Assembly (NCBI GenBank): GCA_035471805.1
Contig: DATIPS010000058.1
Span: forward strand, 1,533-65,532
Origin: Acidimicrobiia bacterium
Lineage (GTDB): Bacteria > Actinomycetota > Acidimicrobiia > Spongiisociales > JAHEDJ01
Length of the DNA stretch: 64,000 nt
Direction: 5' to 3'
The notes under the pieces were generated by a model that saw only the letters and a program-made list of their open reading frames with translations, was not told where the DNA came from and made no database searches. The position numbers and the translations under genes were made by a program. Position 1 is the first letter of the stretch; the number at the start of each line of letters is the position of its first letter. Below are positions 38,837 through 46,954 of this stretch, piece after piece.

Positions 38837-40909
38837 ATGTTCGACCGGATAACGCAAGCCTTCAGCGCCTCCCGTCGCGCGGCCGGTGAAACGGGCGATA
38901 CCGCCTGGACGCTGGCGCTCGCCGCTCTCGTGGGTGTCGGTGTCGGCGGTGCCGCGGTGCTGCTGATCGCCGCCATCGAGGTTGTCGCCGACGTCTTCTC
39001 CGAAGCGGGGGAAATGTCGGGCATTGGTGACTGGATGGTCTTCATTTCACTTCCCCTCGGATTCCTCGGTGCCTGGTGGGTTGCGAAGCACTTCGCTCCG
39101 GAGGTCGAGGGTGACGGCGTACCCGAGGCAGCCGAGGGCCTGGCCCTGCACGGTGGATACCTGGGGAGTCGATCGGTGCCGTTCAAGATCATCGCAACTG
39201 CTCTGACCCTCGGAGGGGGAGGATCGGCGGGCCGGGAAGGACCCGTCGTGCAGATCGGAGCCGCCGTCGGATCTTTCGTGTCACGAAAGGCCCGTCTCGG
39301 TGAGGATCAGATCAGGAGCATGGTGGCTGCCGGAGCAGGTGCTGCCATCGGAGCGAGTTTCAATGCTCCGATCGCCGGGATGTTGTTCGCCATGGAGGTC
39401 ATTCTTCGCAGCTTCGCCGCCCGACATCTCAGCTCGGTCGTCGTCGCGTCCGTTGCCGCCGCCGTGACGACCGAGGGTTTGTCCAACACTTTCGGCTTGG
39501 ATGAGGTGCTGCTGGTGGCATTCCCCTTCGGGATGGAAGACTCCCGGGAACTCCTCCTGTATCTGCTGCTCGGTCTGGTCGTAGTTGTGGCGGCCTGGGC
39601 ATTCCTGCGGTCGCTCGACGTCATGGAGGGGCTGGCGGCTCGTCTGCCGGGACCGGCATGGATTCGGCCGGCGCTGTTCGGACTCGCGGTGGCCATGATC
39701 GGTTTCTTCGAGCCGCGGGTGCTGGGAACCGGCCAGGAGTTCACTCGCCAGACGCTTCAGCTGGTCTCGGAGGCCGACGACGTGTGGTGGGCGCTGCTGT
39801 TGCTTGTCTTGCTGAAGCTGGTTGCCACCTCGGTCACTCTCTCGTCGCGCGCCTCCGGTGGCGCCTTCATGCCGTCGTTGTTCCTTGGTGCAGCACTGGG
39901 GGCAGCGTTCGGGGAGTTCCTGGCCCCGTACTGGACGATCTCCGTGCTGGCGCCCGGCGCTTTCGCCATCGTCGGAATGGCCGCCATGTTCGCAGCAGTT
40001 GCCCGTGCCCCCTTGACGGCCATCCTGATCGTCTACGAGATAATCGGTCGCGACTATGCGCTGATTCTCCCCTTGATGCTCGCCGCGGCCATCGCGACGG
40101 CACTCACGGAACTCATCCATCCCGAGAGCGTCTACACGATGCCGCTCAAGCGTCGCGGCATAGTGCTGACCAGCGTCGGGGAGGTCGATCTGCTCGACAC
40201 GATTGCCGTCGGCGAGGTTATGTCCACCAGCGCTGCCTTCGCGGAGCCGGCAATGACGTTGCGCGAGGTGCAGCAGCTGTTGGATCGCAACCGGCATCAT
40301 GGAGTGGCAGTGCTCGATGAAGGTCGTCTCGTCGGCTTGATCACCGTCAGCGACATCATGCGGGCCGGAGGGGCACGTGACGACCTCACCGTCTCACAGG
40401 CGATGACTGCCCGGCCCGTAACCGTTCAGCCGTCGACACCGGTGTCCGCCGCGCTCGAGCGCATGGCTGCACTGGGAATCGGCCGTATGCCGGTAGTGGC
40501 CGACGACGATCCCGGACGTCTCGTCGGAATGTTCCGCCGTGAGGACGCGGTGCGGTCGTATCACTATGCGCTGGCTGCCAATACCGGGCGCCGGCTCGAT
40601 CGTCAACGCATGGCAACCCGAACCGACCCCGGCACCAAGTTCTTCGATTTCCGTGTTCCGCCCGGCTCGTTCGCAGACGGGCGCCCGCTCCGTGAGATCG
40701 CCTGGCCGGAGGGGTGCACCATTGTCTCGGTTCGGCGCCACACAGAAGTCACCGTTCCGACCGGAGACACGCAGCTACACGCCGGAGACGTGGTGACGGC
40801 TTTCGGTACGACCCGCGGGCAAAATCGGATGATCGAGCGGCTGAACGCCACGGGCGATGAGCCGACGGCGGAAATCCAGCTGGAGGACCGCATCGAAGAC
40901 GAGCAGTGA
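38837..40909 (+). CDS. ClC-family chloride channel with C-terminal CBS pair and TrkA-C domain
   Basis: GSAGREGP and GxFxP-type selectivity motifs; two CBS; C-terminal RCK_C. Confidence 0.8.
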   Translation: MFDRITQAFSASRRAAGETGDTAWTLALAALVGVGVGGAAVLLIAAIEVVADVFSEAGEMSGIGDWMVFISLPLGFLGAWWVAKHFAPEVEGDGVPEAAEGLALHGGYLGSRSVPFKIIATALTLGGGGSAGREGPVVQIGAAVGSFVSRKARLGEDQIRSMVAAGAGAAIGASFNAPIAGMLFAMEVILRSFAARHLSSVVVASVAAAVTTEGLSNTFGLDEVLLVAFPFGMEDSRELLLYLLLGLVVVVAAWAFLRSLDVMEGLAARLPGPAWIRPALFGLAVAMIGFFEPRVLGTGQEFTRQTLQLVSEADDVWWALLLLVLLKLVATSVTLSSRASGGAFMPSLFLGAALGAAFGEFLAPYWTISVLAPGAFAIVGMAAMFAAVARAPLTAILIVYEIIGRDYALILPLMLAAAIATALTELIHPESVYTMPLKRRGIVLTSVGEVDLLDTIAVGEVMSTSAAFAEPAMTLREVQQLLDRNRHHGVAVLDEGRLVGLITVSDIMRAGGARDDLTVSQAMTARPVTVQPSTPVSAALERMAALGIGRMPVVADDDPGRLVGMFRREDAVRSYHYALAANTGRRLDRQRMATRTDPGTKFFDFRVPPGSFADGRPLREIAWPEGCTIVSVRRHTEVTVPTGDTQLHAGDVVTAFGTTRGQNRMIERLNATGDEPTAEIQLEDRIEDEQ

Positions 40910-40952
40910 GCCTGTGCGACCTGCGACTCGCGACTCTTGACTCGCGACCCTT

Positions 40953-41432
40953 CTAGAGATACACCCCGGGGTAGTCTTCTTTTTCCTCCGTTGCCGGCAG
41001 GGCCGGCGGTTTCTGCATCTGCTGGAGTTGCGCCCGCGTGGCCAGCTGCTGGCTGAACAGCGACGCCTGAATGCCGTGGAACAAGCCCTCGAGCCAGCCG
41101 ATCAGCTGTGCCTGGGCGATGCGTAGCTCAGACTCGCTGGGGGTGTCGTTGGTGATGGGAACGAAGATGTCGTTGAACTCCTCGCGTAGATCCTCCGACA
41201 AGACGCCCTCGAGTTCGGCCAATGTGCGCTTGTGGACGTCCAGTAAGCGACGCCTACCTGCTTCATCGATGGGCGCCTGGCGCACTTCGTCGAGCATCGC
41301 CCTCGTCATCGAGGCAAGCCTGATCAGTTTCGTCGGGTGGGTGACGAAGCTCTCTTCGCCGTCGGGCACTGCCGATTCGGGGGTCTCGACGACCTCGGGA
41401 TGAAGCGGTTCCTCGTGTTCGGTGGGCATCAT
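40953..41432 (-). CDS. bacterial proteasome activator Bpa/PafE-like (DUF2587) protein
   Basis: ~160 aa helical protein ending in hydrophobic-Tyr-X (…GVYL) like the GQYL tail of mycobacterial Bpa. Confidence 0.5.
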   Translation of the reverse strand: MMPTEHEEPLHPEVVETPESAVPDGEESFVTHPTKLIRLASMTRAMLDEVRQAPIDEAGRRRLLDVHKRTLAELEGVLSEDLREEFNDIFVPITNDTPSESELRIAQAQLIGWLEGLFHGIQASLFSQQLATRAQLQQMQKPPALPATEEKEDYPGVYL

Positions 41433-41543
41433 TCTCCTTGGATGCTGCTGCTTCGAAGCTTAGAGCCGTTCACGAACTTGGCGGTTGCCGGCCGGAGGAG
41501 CAGGTTGAACGAGGGTCGGCGCCGGTCCTTCCAGGCCCGGCCG

Positions 41544-42716
41544 TCACCTGGTCAGGATCGCTCGCAATCTCCAGGCACCCACGGCGAAGAAGATTGCTGC
41601 GTAGCCGAGCAGGATCAGGAGGAATCCGGCGATGTCGCCGAATCCGCCCCCGTATCCCACCAACTCCTCGAAGGACTCCAACGCCCACGCGTGCGGAGTT
41701 ATGTGAGCCACTCGCCAGACCGTGTCCGAGAGGAGTTCGAAGGCTGCGAGCGGAAACATGGCTCCGCCCAGCGCGGCCAGTCCAAGGCCGATCATCGTCG
41801 CAAGGCCGCCTGCCTGCTGGTCGTTGGACACGACCGCACCCAGCAACATCGCAGCCCCGCTCGAAACCAGGGCGAAGACGGCGAGAACGACCAGCGCCAG
41901 CAACGGGTCTCCCCAATCGACTCCGAATATGAGCCACGTGCCGACGAAAACGACGATTCCCTGCACGAGTGCGATCGCCAGTCGGCTGAGTCCTTCGCCG
42001 AAGATGACGGTTCTTGCCGTAGTCGGTGTCGAGATCATGCGGCGGGTGACTCCGAGCCGCCTCGATTGGACCAGAGCGGCCGCTCCCTGGAGTGTGGTGA
42101 GGAAGATGAACAGAACGAGCATCGTTTGGGCGTAGATATCGAACTGTCCCAGCCCGGCGAGTGCGAATGGTTCACCGGCGGTTGAGGCTACGACTTCAAC
42201 GGGAGGGATGGCCGTCTGCACCTCGGTTGCGACGGTGAGAGCTTCGTTGAACGAACCGGCGCCTTGCAGTTCTGCGAAGCGGGCCGTTCGGAGGATCGTC
42301 GACTGCTGGTTGACTACCGAAGCTATTGCCGTGTTGATGCCCTGAAGCTCCTCGCTCTGGGTGCGGGTGACGTAGCGGACTTGCACATCACCGCCCGACT
42401 GAAGGGTCGCCGCGTATCCGTCGGGAAGTATCAAAGCGGCCTCGATTTGTCCCCGTTCCACGGCCCGGACGGCAGTCTCCTCAGAATCGAACTCCTTGAC
42501 GATCATGCCCTCGATGTCTTCGAGCCCACCGAGAAGCTGGGTCGAGAGGGCGTCCTCGGCCTCTGCGTGAAACCCCAGCCGCGGGGTGGAGGCCCCTCCT
42601 TGCATGGAGCCGAGTAGCAGTACCAGCAAGATCGGAAACAGGAAGACGGAGAAGATGTTGGAGCGATCGCGGAAGAACCTCCGCAGGCTGGTTCCGGCAA
42701 TCGCCAGGGCCTTCAT
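41544..42716 (-). CDS. ABC-2 family transporter permease
   Basis: N-terminal TM, large extracytoplasmic loop, 5 C-terminal TM. Confidence 0.7.
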   Translation of the reverse strand: MKALAIAGTSLRRFFRDRSNIFSVFLFPILLVLLLGSMQGGASTPRLGFHAEAEDALSTQLLGGLEDIEGMIVKEFDSEETAVRAVERGQIEAALILPDGYAATLQSGGDVQVRYVTRTQSEELQGINTAIASVVNQQSTILRTARFAELQGAGSFNEALTVATEVQTAIPPVEVVASTAGEPFALAGLGQFDIYAQTMLVLFIFLTTLQGAAALVQSRRLGVTRRMISTPTTARTVIFGEGLSRLAIALVQGIVVFVGTWLIFGVDWGDPLLALVVLAVFALVSSGAAMLLGAVVSNDQQAGGLATMIGLGLAALGGAMFPLAAFELLSDTVWRVAHITPHAWALESFEELVGYGGGFGDIAGFLLILLGYAAIFFAVGAWRLRAILTR

Positions 42717-43912
42717 GGTCGCATCCCCCTTCTGAGGCCTGCCATTCCGATCGAACCCGTCACCAATCCGAATGCCAGCATCACAACCACCGGCAGGAAT
42801 ACGACTCCGAGTTCACCGGAGCTCAAGTCCGCCAGACCCTGCATGAACCAGGCATGGGGCGAGACGAACCGGAGGCCGGCGATCAACCCCCCAGCCTGCG
42901 CAACGTCGAAGAAGGTGCCACCGAGGAACCCCAGGATGACGCCCGCCATCGACGCCATGGAGGCGGCTTGCTCGGCTGTTCGTGAATAGGAACTGACGAG
43001 AGAGACGATTCCCATGGCGGATATCACCGCAGCCAGCACCAGCAGGGTCACTCCCAACGGGTTTCCCCAATCGGCCTCGAGGATGAGAGTGGTGGTCAAC
43101 ATCAGTACCGCAATGCTCACTATTCCAACGAGGAAGGCACCGGTCGCCTTGCCGGCGATGATTGAACGCTTCGAGATAGGCGCGGCCAGGAGCCTCGCCA
43201 GCGTTCCGTTGTGACGTTCCTCGAGCAGGCTGGTGATGCCGAACTGTACGGTGAAGAAAACGAAGAAGATGGCCATCCCGGCTGCGTAGAAAGTAACTTG
43301 ATCCAGTTGCTTGGTGTCGGCAGAGACATCGGCCAGCGTGGCGGGATAGGGCGTACTCAGGACGGCGAGCCCGGTGGAGAAACGATCCACCTCCTCTTGG
43401 AGCAAGCTCTCGACGGTTGCCACAGCCACCCGCACCGAAGTGATTTCGGCGGCGTATCCCTGCGCAAGAGAGACGGCGATCCCGGCATTCGACTCGGCAG
43501 ATTGGTTTCCGATCACCTGGAGTGCCACTTCCCGCTCGGATTGAACGTCGGAGCCGAACTCCGGGGGGATGACGAAGAGGGCATCGGCGCTCGTGCCCTC
43601 CTGCTCGGCGAAGGGGTTGGCATCCTTGTCGACGAGTGCCATCCCTTCGTCGACGGTCGCCAGTTGAAGTACCTCGACGCCCGGCGCCTTGCGAAGGACG
43701 TCGTCGACGAACAACCTGCTCACCTCGCTCTGATCCAGGTCCACCACGGCATAGGTGGCGCTGAACTCGTAGTTCTTGAGAGGGTTGAGAGCGAACCCGA
43801 AGATCAGTGCCATGGCCAGGGGCGCCACGATTCCCACTATGTATGCCGAACGGTCGCGCAACCGTTCTCTGAGGTCTTTGGCGGCGATGGTCCACGCGGT
43901 GCCCATGATCAC
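42713..43912 (-). CDS. ABC-2 family transporter permease
   Basis: Paralogous architecture to the downstream permease. Confidence 0.7.
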   Translation of the reverse strand: MIMGTAWTIAAKDLRERLRDRSAYIVGIVAPLAMALIFGFALNPLKNYEFSATYAVVDLDQSEVSRLFVDDVLRKAPGVEVLQLATVDEGMALVDKDANPFAEQEGTSADALFVIPPEFGSDVQSEREVALQVIGNQSAESNAGIAVSLAQGYAAEITSVRVAVATVESLLQEEVDRFSTGLAVLSTPYPATLADVSADTKQLDQVTFYAAGMAIFFVFFTVQFGITSLLEERHNGTLARLLAAPISKRSIIAGKATGAFLVGIVSIAVLMLTTTLILEADWGNPLGVTLLVLAAVISAMGIVSLVSSYSRTAEQAASMASMAGVILGFLGGTFFDVAQAGGLIAGLRFVSPHAWFMQGLADLSSGELGVVFLPVVVMLAFGLVTGSIGMAGLRRGMRP

Positions 43913-44871
43913 TCCCTCAACGCGCGCCCGGTTAGGTGCAGGAACACCGCCTCGAGGTTGGCGGTGTCGACATCCACCCCTCCAACGGAAACCCCCGTCG
44001 CTGAAGCCACCGACAGGATCTCCGGCAACTTGTCGTGGGCGTTCCCAACCAGCAGGTCGATTCCCTGGGCGGTCACGGCAGCATCTTCGATGCCGGGCAA
44101 CTCCACGAGGGCGGCGGATCCGGCGGCGAGGTTTCCGGTGGCGACGAGGCGGACACGGTCTCGCTGACCGACGAGCTGCACGAGGTCGCGTTGAGTTCCT
44201 TCAGCTTTGATCGTGCCGTGGTCGATGATCCCGATGCGATCGCAGAGCCGTTCTGCTTCCTCCATGTAGTGGGTGGTGTAGAGGACCGCCATTCCCTCCT
44301 CGCCGAGTCGTTCGACGCTCTCGAGAATGGCATTGCGGCTCTGCGGATCTACGCCCACCGTGGGCTCGTCGAGTATCAAGAGAGTTGGATGGTGAAGGAG
44401 GCCGATTCCGATGTTGAGCCGCCGCTTCATACCGCCCGAGTACTCGTCTGCCCGGTCGTCGGCCCGGTCGCGCAGTTCGATGATGTCGAGCACTTCGTCC
44501 ACCCGCCGGTCGAGTTCCGCACCCCGCAGGCCGTAGAGCTTGCCGAAGAAGCGAAGATTCTCACGGGCATCGAGGTCCGGGTAGATGGCGAGATCCTGAG
44601 GTACCAGTCCTACGTGACGTTTGGCGGCAGTGGCCTCCGGATCCATCACCTCTCCGGCGACGAGCACCCGGCCGCCGTCACGTTCGAGCAACCCTGCGAT
44701 GATCGAGATGGTGGTCGTCTTGCCGGCTCCGTTCGGCCCCAGCAGTCCGTACGTCTCCCCGGCTGCGATGTGGAAGCCGACACCGTCCACGGCAGTCAGA
44801 TCACCGAAAGACTTCCGGATGTCCGAGCAATCGAGCACGATCCCGTCGGATGGTCCCGACCCCATTTCCAC
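43909..44871 (-). CDS. ABC transporter ATP-binding protein
   Basis: Walker A GPNGAGKTT, LSGGMKRR signature. Confidence 0.85.
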   Translation of the reverse strand: MEMGSGPSDGIVLDCSDIRKSFGDLTAVDGVGFHIAAGETYGLLGPNGAGKTTTISIIAGLLERDGGRVLVAGEVMDPEATAAKRHVGLVPQDLAIYPDLDARENLRFFGKLYGLRGAELDRRVDEVLDIIELRDRADDRADEYSGGMKRRLNIGIGLLHHPTLLILDEPTVGVDPQSRNAILESVERLGEEGMAVLYTTHYMEEAERLCDRIGIIDHGTIKAEGTQRDLVQLVGQRDRVRLVATGNLAAGSAALVELPGIEDAAVTAQGIDLLVGNAHDKLPEILSVASATGVSVGGVDVDTANLEAVFLHLTGRALRE

Positions 44872-45022
44872 CTCCGTTTCTGTTGAGGACAGGTTGGGTC
44901 CGCATGAAGAGATGTCTTAGGGTCTTTCGGCCCATTCACGTACGGCGGTCAGAAGGCTCCGAGTAGCGCGCAGGGCTTCGACCGGCGCGCAGGCCGAACT
45001 GACGGCATGCCGCCTCCCGCCC

Positions 45023-45955
45023 CTACCGTCTGCAGAGCTCGGCGAGGGCGCGTTCGAGATGCCAATCGACGCCGGCCGCGAGCTGCAGGTAGGTGCGCCG
45101 GATACCGGAGTGCTCCATTCTCTCGATCCACTCGCGATGCTGGTCCCAGGATCCGACCTGTATGCCGTCCGTTTGGCGATAGCGGGCGAGCAACTCTTCG
45201 GGATCGGCTTTGGTTCGCCGTGCCAGCCCGGCCGCCGCTTCGAGGAGTTCGGCATCGGAGTCCCCGCCCAGCATCGGCATGCAGGTCGAGATGAGGATCG
45301 CATCCGGATCACGGCCGGCCTCTTCGGCGGCCCGCCGCATCACCTCGATCCGCTCTGCGATGCCTTTCGGTTCGTGGTGGTACAGGTTGAACTCATCGGC
45401 GTACATACCTGCGAGAGTCGGAGTCTTCGCCGCGCCGGAGCCACCTATCAGGAGTCGCCTGCCTTCTCTGCGGGCCTTCGGATGTGAGTCGAATCCGGTG
45501 AAGCGGAAGAACTCGCCTTCGTGTCCACCCTGGGGGTTGTCGAAGTATTTGTGAACGTAGGCGAACGCGTCGGCGAGTTGGGCGAACCGAACCTTGCGAT
45601 CCGGGTAGTCGAGGCCGTGGTAGTGGTGCTCGTCGTCGTGCCATCCGGCACCGAGTCCGAGGGTGAATCTGCCCCCGGAGATCTCGTCGATTGTGATCGC
45701 CCCTTTGGCGTAGACCGCCGGATGACGAAAGGTGATCGGGCTGACCAGCATCACCAGTTCGAGGTCCCGGGTGTCGCGCGCCAGGGCGGCCGCCTGAAAC
45801 AGCGAGTCGTAGGCCGGGTTGCGGTAGTCCTGAGGTTTCGATCCGTACAGGTAATGATCGGCGAGGGCCAGGGCGACGGCTTTGGACTCTTCTGTGATGC
45901 GGGCGATGTTGGCTACGTGGGCGTAGTCGCCGACGACTTGAACTGCAATATCCAT
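45023..45955 (-). CDS. LLM-class (luciferase-like) flavin/F420-dependent oxidoreductase
   Basis: TIM-barrel LLM signature TLGLGAGW. Confidence 0.75.
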   Translation of the reverse strand: MDIAVQVVGDYAHVANIARITEESKAVALALADHYLYGSKPQDYRNPAYDSLFQAAALARDTRDLELVMLVSPITFRHPAVYAKGAITIDEISGGRFTLGLGAGWHDDEHHYHGLDYPDRKVRFAQLADAFAYVHKYFDNPQGGHEGEFFRFTGFDSHPKARREGRRLLIGGSGAAKTPTLAGMYADEFNLYHHEPKGIAERIEVMRRAAEEAGRDPDAILISTCMPMLGGDSDAELLEAAAGLARRTKADPEELLARYRQTDGIQVGSWDQHREWIERMEHSGIRRTYLQLAAGVDWHLERALAELCRR

Positions 45956-45992
45956 GGGAGCACGGTATCAGGCCGGGGGCGCAGGCCTCCCT

Positions 45993-46832
45993 CTACCACG
46001 TATCTTCATCCGAGATGTCGCGATAGGGACGCCAGCGGCTCAGTTTGGCTGCGGTCCGGCGAGCTCGGTTGGCGAGATCTCGCCAGAGCTGGGCACTTCC
46101 CTGTCTCGAAAGCGCCAGCTCGTCCCACCGCTGAGCGGAGGCACTGAAGGTGGCGTGGAGAGCCGGGAGAGCCCCCGGATATGCATCCCATCCCTCGGGG
46201 AGCCGGCGACCCTCGACCGGTTGGTCGAAGAGGTCGGTCAGGTACCCGTTCAAGAGCACGGTTCCCCCCCACACCGAGAGCATCATCGTTTCGAATGGGG
46301 CGTCGTCGAGTGGTCCGTATCCATCGAATCCGGGAACCACCAGGCCTTCGGTGCCGGAGAGGGCCGGGGCCGGACGGTGCAGGTCACCGAGGTCCAGCAG
46401 GATCCGCTTCGCCTCGTTGGCGGTGTCGGTCGATGCCGGGTAGTGCCTGCCGACGGCGTCCAACCAGGGGATTGCCCAATGAAGGATCCGGTCGCCCAGG
46501 AGGAATCGCCTGTCTTCGTGCGCCCGGGTCGCGATGTGTCCCCGGTCGCCGGCCCATGCCTCGCCCTCCGCGCGGGCCAGCGCTGCTCCGAAACGTGCAA
46601 GATCGGAGAGATCGCCACCTTTGATGTCGTAGTTCCAGGTCCTGGCGCGTCTCGACAGGTCTTCAGCCGGGTTGAACAAGCGGACTACCGCAGCTTCCGT
46701 AGGTGGAACGTCGATCAGGGCGGGCTTCTGCCGCCCGGTGTGCCAGGCACGGGCGACGCTCATCCATTGGGCGGCTTCGGCATTGGAGCGCGCCGCCGCA
46801 TCCAGAGAAGAAGATGTCGGTGAGGTGGTCAT
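45993..46832 (-). CDS. hypothetical protein
   Basis: 279 aa; immediately downstream of Mo-enzyme gene, possibly co-transcribed. Confidence 0.5.
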   Translation of the reverse strand: MTTSPTSSSLDAAARSNAEAAQWMSVARAWHTGRQKPALIDVPPTEAAVVRLFNPAEDLSRRARTWNYDIKGGDLSDLARFGAALARAEGEAWAGDRGHIATRAHEDRRFLLGDRILHWAIPWLDAVGRHYPASTDTANEAKRILLDLGDLHRPAPALSGTEGLVVPGFDGYGPLDDAPFETMMLSVWGGTVLLNGYLTDLFDQPVEGRRLPEGWDAYPGALPALHATFSASAQRWDELALSRQGSAQLWRDLANRARRTAAKLSRWRPYRDISDEDTW

Positions 46833-46954
46833 CCGTCCCTACGGTAACCCGGATTGTTCACTGTGCGTGGCATCTCATCGGTGCACGTGCAGTGGCCGAG
46901 GTGTTACCCCCGCCAGTGCGCCGATGTCGATTGCCGGCTCTGGTTGATGTCCCG

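Noticed and set aside
39281-40300. 339-aa minus-strand ORF antisense to the ClC channel gene
   Set aside because: Shadow ORF; Arg/His/Gly-rich.
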